Program-made: the position numbers and the translations under genes | Source of the DNA: Paramecium tetraurelia | Taxonomy: Eukaryota | Assembly (NCBI GenBank): GCA_000165425.1 | Contig: CT868680.1 | Span: forward strand, 262,108-319,182 | Length of the DNA stretch: 57,075 bases | Direction of reading: 5' to 3' | Notes under the pieces: generated by a model | What the model saw: the letters and a program-made list of their open reading frames with translations, nothing else | Told to the model about the DNA's origin: nothing | Database searches by the model: none | Shown: positions 13,002 to 26,040 of the stretch, one piece after another | Layout of the letters: every line of letters starts with the position of its first letter | Position numbering within the stretch: position 1 is the first letter of the stretch

Positions 13002-13075
13002 ATTTATAAATTACATTTTTAATAATGAATTTCCTTATACCCTATATATAAGTCTTAATATATATATATATAAAT

Positions 13076-14157
13076 TCAGTATTATACTGCACTGTGTAAA
13101 TTTCTACAGCTTGTTCTTAACTAGATACTTATTTGGTTTTTTAATTTAATGGCAGGGTTCTTAGGAATCCTATTATATGAAGTTTACATCCCACTCTATA
13201 TGTTAGAATCATAGATCAATTCCAATGGCAATCTAGCCACTTGAGGGACTGAATTGTATTGAACATAATTGTTTTATTGTATTTGCACTCTGTCCTTGCA
13301 CCATGAACAGATTTGTTGAATGATTTCAAGAGGTCTCGAATCATTATGTTCTCCCTCTACTTTGATTAACTTCTTTATTCCTTTATGCTGCTTGTACAAT
13401 TTTAAACTATTCTTTGCCTTTATGAGCGAATCCTTGTCACTACAAATGTAGAGTGTGGGCATGTTGGAATTACATTAAACTTGTATGTCATTCAATTGGA
13501 ATCCTGCTTCTTCTTCAATTGTTCCTTTGGTTAAGAAGATGATTGCCTTAATTATGAACTTGGGCAACCTCGTTTATTTCTGAATTATGCTAATTGCTAA
13601 TTTATTGAAATTTGTGAAACAACTATCCAATACCAGTCCCTTGACATTTGGTTATTCCTTTAACTAAATGGTAGTGGCGCCTAAAGATCTCCCCCACAAA
13701 ATAAATTGCTTCTATTGGAATTGCATTTCTAATTCCTGCAATATTGATGTTATATCATCCTTCTCAAGATGTCTATTGGTTTAGATGGCTATCATACCCA
13801 AAAGTAATGAAATCTCCTTCTGAATGGCCACATGCTTAGAAATCGAATGTACAAAAGTTAAAGCCAAATTAAGCTACGATTGAAGCGTACTTTACGCCTT
13901 CTATTCTACATCCATTGTAGCCATGACAATAAACTATACAATTGGTAGTTCGCGGATTCAATTCAAAGTATGACATTTCTAATTTGCAATTTTAACGATT
14001 AGTAATAACCCTTTCATGTTTCCGTAGATAACCTTGATGTAGTTAAATGTATTCAGGACCTAACCCTGTTAATAAGAAATAAGCAACCTAGATCAAAGTA
14101 ACTATAATTATATCGAGGTGGTCTCACGAATTTCTGCCATTCTCTTTATATTGACAT
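13076..14157 (-). CDS. Alpha/beta-hydrolase family protein
   Basis: Motifs VRPPRY, CHGYNGCRIEG, FDFQACGHSEG, nucleophile elbow LWGRSLG and catalytic His in GEHNDSRP; short introns near 14068-14090 and 13773-13797. Confidence 0.9.
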
Positions 14158-14221
14158 TTTTAAATTATATTTACTTAACCAATTCACACACTTATTAAAA
14201 CAAAATATATAAATATAAACA

Positions 14222-15486
14222 ATGTCAGAAGAAGAGGAGGAGGAATACTTCAATGCGAAAGCTGAGCATAGACCAATATTTAGTTAACTTGAGGACAGAC
14301 AACAACACAAAGAACAGAACAAGAAGGTTCTGCTAAATCTAGGCGTTTTTGCTCTCCTCACAGCAATTTCTTCCTTGATTTTTATGGGTTGGCTGTCCTA
14401 GAAATCAAGAGAAGATCAAAAGTAAATTATCCTGCCATTCCACAATCCCAATGATCGTTCTGAACTTTTATGTCCTCTAAATACGTCTTTCGACACTAGT
14501 AGATTTAGCTGTTTGGAATGTTCACAAAATTGTGAATATTGCTATCACGAGTACACTTAAAGATGTGTTTAATGTGCTCATCCTTATAAATTGAAATCAA
14601 ATCATTGCGTTGAAGATTGTATATCAGTAGACAATATTTGCATAAATACTACATCAGACTTAGTGAATCTATTTAACTACTCCGTGGTGGATTTGGGAAC
14701 AGAATTAAGAGTAAATCAGTTACTCCAAGTTGAAATTCACACTCATCTTTATCAACATCTTTACATTATATTCCCTCCACTTGGCTAATCATTTAACTTT
14801 TTCTACGATCACATAAAGTTGCCAGAAATGGCCTAATAGTTGAATGCCACCCTATTCGTGTTTTCAACTCCTTATACTGAAGTGTTATAGGTCTAAGAAT
14901 TGTCAGATTCGATTGATGAAGAATTTAGGTTTATAGAAAGGGTGCATGAATTCATTAACCCATACATTTCAGAAGAAACAAAATCAATTAACATTATTGG
15001 TTTAGGTGAAATGCTTTTCTTTGCTCATCGTTTATCAACCTACATGTATGGAAAATAATTAATCATTTTAGTGTTAAGAAGATGCCAGCATCCACGGAAA
15101 CTAATGTCACGGTTATTTTAATGCAAACATTAGAAATCCCATTGTATGATTCCTTAAATCTAAGCTTCCTCTAATTACAGCACCTACTCGCTTATATTGA
15201 TTAGAGTTGGGACATATCACATAAGGAAAATAAGTCCAATCTTATAGCGAATAACGAGGATGACCTCTATTCTTAAATTCAGTAGTTTCTCTTGCATCTC
15301 AGCTTCAATAATTTAGTCAATCCCTCATACAACATGAACATTGATGTGGTGGTGATATCAGAAAGAGGATGCAAGGATATATAAAATTTGTATTAAGATG
15401 GGTTCAATGCCAAAAACTTTATTCAGATATTCTTGGATGACAATCACTTGGCCACTCAGTTCGCCAAATTAATAAGTTTGCAATGA
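14222..15486 (+). CDS. Single-pass membrane protein with a furin-like Cys-rich segment
   Basis: Acidic N-terminus, hydrophobic VLLNLGVFALLTAISSLIFMGWL, then CLECSQNCEYCYHEYTQRCVQC...HCVEDC; TGA at 15484-15486. Confidence 0.75.
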
Positions 15487-15584
15487 GTTTGTAATTAGAA
15501 AAGGAATTTTGATTAATTCTGATTGTGTCTTTATATAAAAGTGTTAATATTTAGTGCTTTTAAATATCAAATAATACTATTAGA

Positions 15585-17491
15585 ATGCAAAAACCAGAAT
15601 ACATCTATAATCACCAAAGTCAACCTTTGAATATCCTCTCCATTGGCACAGCCACTTGCAGATTCAAATCCATTCTTTATCTGAACAACAACATTATTCT
15701 ACCCATTGCCACATCAATTGCAATATATGATGATATGTAAATTCATTGTGTAATTCATAGAACCTTTAACAAAATTACGGAGTTTTAAACAAATCAAAGT
15801 ACAATCTATAGCTTGAGCCATAATGATGATTTCATATTTGCAATTGGACATGATGGAGATATTTGCTAATTGGATATCAAGACATATCAAAAGATCAATT
15901 ACATCAATCAGTATCTTATAATTTCTATATAATCTATAGCAGAATAGGTTCATAATGTAGGTGGTCATCTATTGAAGGGAATGCGTTATTGATTAGCGCT
16001 GAACACTCAAAAAATAAGGGAATTATATAAGTCTTAAATGCTACTACACTTGAATAGATACAATCATTTGATGGCTGTTATTTCTATGGTTGTGTCTAGA
16101 ATTAAAACTTTTATATGTTGAAATCTAAAAGATCTGGGAAATTAAGTAAAAACGAGAAGGAAAGCTTAAATTATAAGGATTTAAAAAAATATAAGAACAA
16201 CAAACAGTTTTTATTTTCTCTTGAAGTGCACAGTCAAAATGGATTAGAAAAGGTTTTGCCCTTTGAAACCGAACCAGGAGATATTTTAGTGATTGCTTAA
16301 AGTCCTAAATATATTGCATATTTTTATTATGATAGAAGAGTACTAGTATATGACATTGAAAAACATCAAATTGCTATTCATAAAATAGAAGGAAATGGAG
16401 TTATTTAAGCAGCCTGCTTTTAAAATGATTCAGAATTAGTTTTTTAGAATTAGACTAAATAACTCACTATTCTTAATTTATAGACTTAGGAAAAGGTTGT
16501 ATAATCATATAAGCAAGGATTAAATACACTAGTATAGGGTATTTATAAAAAGGGAGAAGTGTTAGTGACTGCATCTGAAGAAAATGTAACAATTTATAAG
16601 GGAGTTCATGTATTACATAAAGAATTTGGAGGATTGACAAAATGTGGTATAGATATCTATTAAAATGATTATGTTGTAAGTGGGGATTTCTTGGGAAATA
16701 TTACAATTAATTCTCTGGATACAGGAAAAACAAGGGGTGAATATTTTATTGGATCATCTATTCGTTCAGTTTCTTGTAAGGATAATATTATCTACATTGG
16801 AACTATGGAAGGTCAATTGTATAAGTATGAAAATGAGGAATGCTAATAATTCGATTAAATTGAAGGTTCAATTACTTGCATTAGAGTAAAGAATGATGAC
16901 TTGTTAATTTCAACTACTCATGGATTAGTGAGATTGTATAAGAATGAGAAACAGTTATTCACATTTTTAGCACATCCTCCAAAAGAGAAATCTGAGTTGT
17001 TTGGATCCCTCAATATACATGCAGATATTTGGACATGCATATTCAATCCTGAGTAAGATATCTTCGCAACAGGTTCTGAAGATTAGAATGTGAAGGTCTT
17101 CGATTATAATTAAAAACAAATTGTTGAATTGACAGGACATAAATTGGCTGTTACATGTTTAGATTGGAAACGCTCCTAGAATAAATTAATATTGTATTCT
17201 TGCAGTGATGATAGAACAATAAGGTTATATGATGAAACATATAGTCTTATTAAAGTTATCAATACCTTCTTTATTAACGAATGGTTTACATTAACATACA
17301 TGAGTGTATATCAAAATCTTATCGCAATTGGATGTTAAAATGGATATTTTTTCTTATATGATTAAGAGAAGGGGGATTTCATTTTTGTTCAAAAGACGCA
17401 TATGGGCGGAATTGAAGGATTAGTAATGAATTCTAAGTACATTGCAACCTGTTCGAGTGATGATTGTGTAAATGTGATTAAAATAAATTGA
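15585..17491 (+). CDS. WD40-repeat protein
   Basis: WD motifs FATGSEDQNVKVF, LTGHKLAVTCLDW, SCSDDRTIRLY and ATCSSDDCVNV; ends IKIN-TGA. Confidence 0.85.
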
Positions 17492-17793
17492 TTTTGTTAT
17501 CTAAATTTTTATTATGCTATAATAAAGTAATTAATACAGATAATAATATATATAACATCTTGAAAATAAGCATTATAAGTGATAAGCGTTATTAATTTTT
17601 CATGAGTGATTAAAAATCTAGGGGATCTTTTTATCATTTAATTAGCTAAAGTGGAAAATAAAATCGAGATGAAGAATATCTTTATTTTAAGATAACCTTT
17701 TTGGATAATCAATTATTTAATTTTATGTTAATGAGAAATATGGAAAACTATATTTCTCCAATGAATATAATATATTTTAATTAATTTTTATAT

Positions 17794-19891
17794 ATGTTTT
17801 AATAGAACAATGGCGAAGATTAATAAGAACCCAATCCATAACAATAATAAAACAATAATTAAGAAGGATAAGAGTTATAAAACAACAATCAGGATATATA
17901 ACCCAACTAAGACCAACTTGAGATTTATCTTTTGCGATATATTAATAATAAAGAGTAATTAAGTTAATAAAGAGCTCAATTAGATATAGTAATTCAAGAG
18001 ATAAATGGCACCCCAAATGATAGATTTATTTATAGATAATTTTTAGAAAAAATTTGTAATAAATTCTAATCACTCTCTATAAAAGAATATGATGATATTT
18101 CCAATTTTGAACAATTGCATCAAATGATTAAGGATTAATATAAAAAAAGAAGATAGGAATGGGAATCTAAATTGTCTCAAAACCAGAATCTTATTAATGA
18201 TTGGAATGACAAAGTTAAGATGGCACAATATTATTAAATAATGAAAATTCTCAAAAGCCCGAATAGAAGCTTGTACCTAACAAAAGACATAACCAAAGAA
18301 GTTTACTTTGATGAAATTAAATAAGAACTAACTCCTCAAGAAAAAGAGTAGTTGAACTAGACAAATGGCATACCAGAATCTTTAAAAGAATTTGGTATTT
18401 TCGATAATTACAAAGTGTAGTCTTTAGAGGTATTCTAAAACCATTTAAATCTGATGAAAAAGGAGGCATCTCAAAGTGATGATCCTGAAAATTTTATTAC
18501 GTTAATGCAATAGAATATGTGCTTTGAGATTTACAAAATATTAGCATTCCCTTATTTGTACTTTAATTAATGTAAAAAAATTGATGTTGAAGCTTAAAGT
18601 GTGCACTTTTAGCTCCCAAACAATATGTCTATTGAGGTTAGATCTAATTATATAGAATAAAGCCCTCTTTTGAATGAAAATTCAATAATGAATAGTATTC
18701 CGCCCTATTTACTTTAAACCAATATACTCCCCTTTCTAAGTATTATCGAAGTATTCAAATTGAGAATAGTTTCTAGATATTTTAAAACAATGTAATAATA
18801 TTCATATTAGTTAATAGAGTTGAAAAATACTGGCATATTCCAGCAAAGAAACAGATTATCGATTTAGAGATAGCAGGAGAGTTGGCTTATAATAGTGCAT
18901 TTTTAAGTAATTTCAAGATTGCAGCAGTAACACTTAAATAAAAATTGCGAAATTGTGTTGATATGATAATGAATTTTATCAATTGGCAAGAGTTGCATGA
19001 ACTAATAGAAATAGATTAACTTTAAATTGAAGTTTATAGACCTCTAATTATGATGCTTCGATTATTCAACAAACAGCAATAGATCTCTCTACCATATGAG
19101 ATTGATTGTTAATTTTCTATTAAAGAATTAGCAAAGGATATTAAATAACAGATTCTTGATTACCTAAATTTAGAATTTTTGCCTTTAAGTTTTAACTAAA
19201 TGAAACAACTTTAGTCCTCTGCCTTGTCAGCACCTGAATTCAACATCACAGGGTTAATTCATCCTTAACTTCATTTGAGTTAATTACTTACATTTCTACT
19301 TTAAGGTCTATATTTTCATGGTTGGATGCTTTAAATAATAACAATCCATAAGGAATTATTAAAATAGAGATAAAAGTAAAAAATATCAGTTACAATATAG
19401 GGAACTATAAAATATGGATGAATAACAAATTTAAAATAGGGATTTTGTGAGATAAGCTCGCAAATTCATCTATAAAATGGTTGATTTCGAATAAAGCCAA
19501 GACACTGAGGAACAACAAACAATCATGACTCAAATAGTATTATACTCTTATCATATTTAGTATTATTAGATGAATAGTAGTTTAAAAGGATTCACTTTTT
19601 CTGTTAATGATGTCACTTAATCTCGGCCTTGTGCTGCAATACCTTATAAAAATGATGTTATAACAATCCATTAAGATATCTATTGTTAGATTGAATTATT
19701 AACATATATTTATGCTCGTACTTATAATTATTTAATAGGATAAAGGTTAATATATATAAGAAATGCAAAACAACAAATAGAACAGTAAAGTTAAGTAGGA
19801 AATTGATTCGAAGTAGGAAGAGCATGAATAATAAAGTGAAAAGATAGATTCACAGCCAGACTTATCTCATTAACAAAATGAACCTAATTGA
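17794..19891 (+). CDS. Hypothetical protein with Q/N-rich N-terminus and a possible F-box-like motif
   Basis: Starts MFQQNNGEDQQEPNP. NILPFLSIIEVFKLRIVSRYF at ~18720-18785 resembles an F-box. Several short introns; 3' exon structure tentative. Confidence 0.65.
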
Positions 19892-19989
19892 TTTTATATT
19901 TTTATATGTTTATTATGAAATCCTTATGAAATTTTAGAATAGTTCTTTAAAAATTAATAACTTATAAAATCTTAAATATAAAATATTAT

Positions 19990-21151
19990 TCATTTTTTGG
20001 AAAATATCCTTTAGTAAGCATAAGCCTCAGACAAACAGAGACTTAAATCAGATTCCGACCATTCTCTTGTAGGTATTTTTTCTAGTAGAATCATAATTTC
20101 ATCATACTACAATTTCTAAATTTTAAGAGAAAATTTCATTAATATTGAAATGATAATGAAAAGACACAACTCAAAATAATCTATAAATTATATAATAATT
20201 TACTTTGTTCCTCGGCTAACAAAGTGTCAAATAATCTAAGCCCAACTTCAAATTAAAACAATCTCAATAACATGCAAGTACTCCATTTGAAAATAAATGA
20301 ATACAATTCCATAGCTATATTTATAAGATATACTTACATAGCGAAGTAGTGAGATGCTCATAAAGCTTTTTATCTAAAGCAGATAATATTTCTTTAAATT
20401 TGTTGAAGAAACGAACCAAACCTGGTTATGAGTTTGTATAGTTATCAAGAACACTTTCCAATAATTTACAAAGACACCAATAAGAGTCTGCTTCAACTTG
20501 CCGAATTAATCTTTAGTCTAAACAATCTAATTGTTTCTCATTTGTGAATTGTAGCTTCGTTGTGTCAATATCAATATAATCAGACAGGAAGACTATTAAG
20601 AAAGGACTGACTATATCATTCATTCCTTGCACATAACCGCATGCAGGATTTCGTATATTCCAAATGAAGAGGATCCTTTCTAACACAATTTAAATTGAAG
20701 GATTTCTAAATATTGCAGAATCTGGTATTGTGCGTTTAACATCCTCTGAAATTTATTTTAGGATTTTCTTCTCTCTTTCATCATACTATTGATTTTTTGC
20801 GAAGTATATATCACACATTTCAAAGTACATATTTCTTTTTCTCTCTATGATAGCCAGCTAATTAAATCCATTAACAAAATACATTAGCATCCCTATTCGG
20901 AGATTGATATTTCAGTAAAAGTCTCCAAACTGTGCTTCTGAGTTCACTGGGCACTCCTGACCAAGCCAAATGTATTAATTCATTGATAGGTATAATATGT
21001 TAATGCAGCAAATCTTTAAACTTTTCTAATATGATTATTTAGCAATACAAATCTTTGAGCCATCTTCTCTATCAGTCTCACGATTGCATGATTTGTATTC
21101 TTCGTTTCTGTTGTAAAGAGTTGCGATATTTACTTTCTAAATTGACAACAT
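19990..21151 (-). CDS. TBC-domain Rab GTPase-activating protein (GYP1/TBC1D22-like)
   Basis: AWSGVPSELRSTVWRLL, catalytic SEDVKRTIPD (R finger) and NPACGYVQGMND (Q finger), EADSYWCL. Confidence 0.9.
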
Positions 21152-21173
21152 AATAAATTTTATTATAAGTATT

Positions 21174-22753
21174 TCATATAATTTCATTTCTAAGGAGACG
21201 AAAATTATCAATTCCATTTCCCAATGTTAGCAGAGTTCTTTCTTCTAATTACTTATTTTCAAATGTTATTTCGTAATCTTTCTTATGTGGTCGTTATTAT
21301 TGTCTTGCCTATTATTATATCATTATTTCCCTTAACTCATCACCTAATTGTTCAAATTGCTAATTTAATTCTGAATCATCCATCTTTTCTATCTCTTCTT
21401 TTGTGATTTTGACACTTATGACATTGCTGATATTAGTTTTCTATGCTAAATCAAATAATTTTTATGCTTTTTCTAATCTATCAATTGTAGCATTGTCTGT
21501 ATTAATTAATTCATGTAAAATATGCAATAGCAAATAAGTTAATTTATACTTGATGTCAAAAAGCTTAACACTCCCTTCCTTGAATACTCTATTCTAATTT
21601 TTCATAATTAATGTAATCTAGTAATTATTTTATGAGGATCTCAATTTCTTCAAGAAATTCTCACAAAGCCTTTTCACATTATCAATATTTTGACATAAGT
21701 TCAACATATCTCGAATATTTTCAATAATTTCATTTCTTACAATTCCATACTGACCAAATTGATAACCCAGTTATTCATTTATTGTTTATTGTAGGGGAAC
21801 CTTTATATCGCTCGCTTCTCCAGAATTCATCCTTTTAGATATGAAACGAACACTCTTCTTGAAACTTTCATTCTCCCCTTCTGTAATCCAATAATGTTCA
21901 AATAACTCTTAATATCCTATTCTCTTTTTTGCATCCACTAAAAGCATCTTCTAAAATAAATCTCTTAACCCTTATGAAATAACTGTTTTGGCTGGAAATG
22001 CAACCTAACAATAATAAATATGACATTACTTATGACTTTTACACTATTTCTGAAAATTCCTTTAGAGATGTCTTAGGAGTAATGAATTACTGCAAATAAC
22101 TGTTCCCAAAGATCATCATGTATAAGATCATGCCCAAAGACCAAATATCACATTTTTCATCGTACTCCCCCTTTCCACAAATTATCTCTGGAGCCATTGT
22201 AATTGGAGTTCCACAATATGATTACATATAATTATCGAAGTTCCTTGCAAATCCAAAATCCCCTAACTTTATAATCCATTCCTAATTTATATATATATTT
22301 GCTAGTTTGATATCTCGATGAACAACCTTCTGTTGATACAAATATTTAATTCCTCCGATGATTTATTAAAATATAGCTTTTACTTCAGCCTCTTGGAATC
22401 TATTTTTTTTAAATAATATCTCTAAATCACCATTGCTGCAATACTCAAAAATAATATAAATGTATTTATCCGTCTTGAAACTATCATACAACTCCACAAT
22501 GTTTTTGTTTTTTAATTTCTTGCATATTTCAATTTCTTTTTCAATCATTTAATATTGTCTCTTATCCTGCACTTAATTGAGGTCAAATTTAGAAATGCAG
22601 ATTTCTTTTATTGCTACTTATCTTTTAAAATTATCGTCCCACCCTAAATATACAATTCCGAATGCTCCCTATGAATATGTACAAATGTCTTACACTCCCT
22701 ATTACTTTTTAAAAGTAATATTGATTTATTTTCTTAAAATGCTATTCTTACAT
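21174..22753 (-). CDS. Ser/Thr protein kinase with C-terminal extension
   Basis: After splicing reads VIGSGAFGIVY, VAIKEI, VHRDIKLANI, KLGDFGFAR, YCGTPITMAPE and DIWSLG. Confidence 0.93.
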
Positions 22754-23509
22754 ATAATTTTAAATAATTATAGAAATATAATTTCTAATTTGAGTTAGAC
22801 CTGATATGTCGGTTTCTTCATAATTTCTAAATCCAATACTAAATTTGAGTTACTCAGATACTCTTCATTATTTATTAACAGTTTGAATGTATATATATAT
22901 ATATTGATCATAATAGACTGGTTTGCATTATATTGATTAAATCTTATCAATTTATATAAATCTTTATGTGGTTTCTTTTAGGAATAAAAATCTGTTTTAT
23001 TAACAGAAATATTCAAATTAATTTCTTCAGCATTTCCATTGCTGGTTCAAAAATTTAAGAATATATTTTTGAAAATGAAATATATTATATTTTTACATAT
23101 TAGTATTCTCTGAGAATCTTCTCGTGTATTTGATGTCATAGACATAAAACAAATGCTATTTATTGAATATCTATGATGACCAATAATTATTGAATTCAAT
23201 AAACTTATATTTATATTCAAATAAAATTCAAATTTTCTAGTCATCAAATTACTAGGCCCTTTGGTCTTTTGAATAGGGGAATGAGGATATTAACAATTTG
23301 TAGTAGTTGTGTTTTATGGATGAGGAATATAACGAATAAAATGGGTTAAGATATTTGAATTATATATATATATATAAAATGTATAATACTTCATATTTTG
23401 ATATATTTTAAATAAAATTAGATTTATTTGATTATATTGAATTTTGGTATATTTAAGAGTGATCTTTGATTTTGGAAACAAATAAGAATTTAAATTTTTA
23501 AATATCTAA

Positions 23510-24314
23510 ATGAGCACCAGGGAAGAACTCATCTATATGACCAAATTGACAGAATAAACAGAGAGATTCGAAGATATGGTCAATTACATCAAATAAGTGG
23601 TTCAAAATGGATAAGAGTTGTCAATCGAAGAGAGAAACCTTCTTTCCGTCGCTTACAAAAATAGCATCGGTGGAAGAAGAACAGCTTGGAGAGTCTTGTC
23701 CAGCATTGAAAACAAGGAAGAAGGAAAAGTAAAAAAAAAAATTTAAATTTTAGGCTCAATCCCAACCTGCCTCACAAAAAAATCTTGTCTTGATCAGAAG
23801 CTACAAGAAGAAGATTGAAGAAGAATTGAATCAATATTGCCACGATATCCTCAATTTGATCGACAGCCATCTGATCAAAACTGCCTCAACTCCTGAAGCC
23901 AAAGTGTTCTTCCACAAGATGAAGGGAGATTATCACAGATACATTTCTGAATATGCCTCTGGTGATTAACACAAAAAGGCTGCTGACGGTGCCCTTGCCG
24001 CTTACTAAGCTGCCTCCAATGTTGCTAATTAAGAATTAAAAACCACAAACCCAATCAGATTAGGACTTGCTTTGAATTTTTCAGTTTTCTATTACGAAGT
24101 CTTGAATGATGCTGCCAAGGCATGCTAATTAGCTAAATCAGTAATGAATCTTATTAATCATTTCTAGGCTTTTGATGATGCTATTGCTGACATTGAATAA
24201 ATTTAAGAAGATCAATACAAAGACGCAACAACCATTATGTAATTAATTAGAGATAACTTGACATTATGGACCTCAGAACTTGATGATGAGGGTGGTAACG
24301 TTGAAAACCTTTGA
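23510..24314 (+). CDS. 14-3-3 protein
   Basis: [64 protein letters not shown]. Introns 23729-23753 and 24141-24167 give 251 codons. Confidence 0.98.
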
Positions 24315-24437
24315 GAAGGTTATCATTTATGATATATATATATATATATAATTATATATAAAGAAACATTAAGAAAATTTAAATCCAAATGATTCTATAG
24401 TTGATAATTAATGTTATAAACTAATAAAAACAAGAGG

Positions 24438-25122
24438 TCAACAATTACATTGCTATTATTTTTCTTTTTCATCTACCTTTTTCGACATAAGGAATTTTGG
24501 TTTGATCATGCCACCATCAATAGCTCCTTATTACAATAAATCTAGAGTTTTTGTTGTTATTAGAGTAAATGCTTCATTGACTTGATAACCAGTTGTAGCA
24601 CTAGTTTCCACATACTATACATCATTATCTTAACAAAATTGTTTGGCTGTTTATTCAGAAATCACTCTTTATTACAAATATCATTTTACCTTTCTTTTTC
24701 TAGATCTACTTTGTTTCCAATGATAATAATTTGAATAGATGGCTTAGAGAAATCTCTCGCATGTTTGATCCACTCTCTAAGAGCTTCAAAAGAGTCTGAA
24801 CTATTGTACTGTATATTTGTACTTCGTAACATCAAATACTATTAAAGCACCTAAGGCACCTCTATAATAAACTTTAGTTAAGGATCGATATCTCTCTTAA
24901 CCAGCCGTATCCCATAATTACATTTTAATTTTCTTTTATTTTACCTAAATAATCTTGGCAGAAAATTCAACTCCTAATGTCTGCTTAACATTTGTAATTG
25001 CTTAATTCATCTTATAAATTACATTTCTCATGAATATAATGATAAAGGAGACTTGTTTTTCCACAATTGCCATTTCCAATAATTATAAATTTGAAGACAT
25101 AATCACACTATTCCTCACTCAT
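24438..25122 (-). CDS. Rab family small GTPase (Rab4/Rab2-like, divergent)
   Basis: [46 protein letters not shown] and a C-terminal CNC prenylation motif. Confidence 0.93.
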
Positions 25123-25161
25123 TTTACAAATAATATTAATTAGAAATATTTTTATCAAAAA

Positions 25162-26040
25162 ATGAAAGATTAAATCATTTTAATCCTTTTAAGATAGGAT
25201 TTGTACACACTTTTTTGTTTATTTGTCTAAAATATATTTTACAGATCTAAGAAAGTATAAGAATTCATTATTTAAAAAAAAGATTAAGTCAGAAGGATTT
25301 TGAACTCAATTATTTTTAATGGAAAATACAAGGATTGGTTCAATAGTAATCATTATAAAATTCAAATTATCTATAGATAGTAATATGAAGTATCAGATAA
25401 TTTTGATATTTAATTAATCATTATAAAAATGACTGAATAGGATGATGAAATGCTTGTGGAAGAGATCCTTTGTTGTTAAAATGATGATGATATAAGAAGT
25501 CTTGTTGATTCATAATGTTTGGATATCATTGGGAATTCTTTATAAGATTAATTAATTTTGGCACATAAACAACTATTTCGAGTGATTAGACTCTTTCGAG
25601 AATTTTTGGATTCAAGTCCAAATCAAATATGGGATCAAAGAAAGAAGAAAGAACATAATTAAGCTTTATAATAGGATTACTTAATGATTCATCATGAGTT
25701 ATAAAAAGAGAAAAGTAAAATCAAACAAATAGAGGAAGTGAATACATAACTGAGACTACAAATGAAATTGTATGAAGGGGATTTCGAAACAATAAGATCA
25801 TAAAGTTTTGAGGATATTAAAAAGGTAGAGGATCAACTAGTTAAAACAAAAAACTCAATATCTCTTTATAAAAATTCACTGATTTAAAAGTTTTGCGTGA
25901 TATGTTTGTAAAAGGAATATTGCATTGTACTGAAACCCTGTGGACATGTTTGTGTATGTGAAGAGTGTTCAAAAAGAATTGATTAGTGTCCTATTGATAG
26001 AGTTAAAGTTGTAAAGATGAAGAAAGTTTACTTATCATGA
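25162..26040 (+). CDS. C-terminal C3HC4-type RING finger protein
   Basis: 293-codon span ending CVICLQKEYCIVLKPCGHVCVCEECSKRIDQCPIDRVKV...VYLS-TGA. Confidence 0.88.

Noticed and set aside
23173..23246. ATGATGA C-box with a TGATGAC/GTCATCA inverted repeat
   Set aside because: No downstream CTGA D box at a suitable distance; a 7-bp repeat is expected by chance.
24331..24360. (TA)n runs here and near 13059-13072 and 23361-23375
   Set aside because: Ordinary short microsatellites in AT-rich UTR/intergenic DNA.
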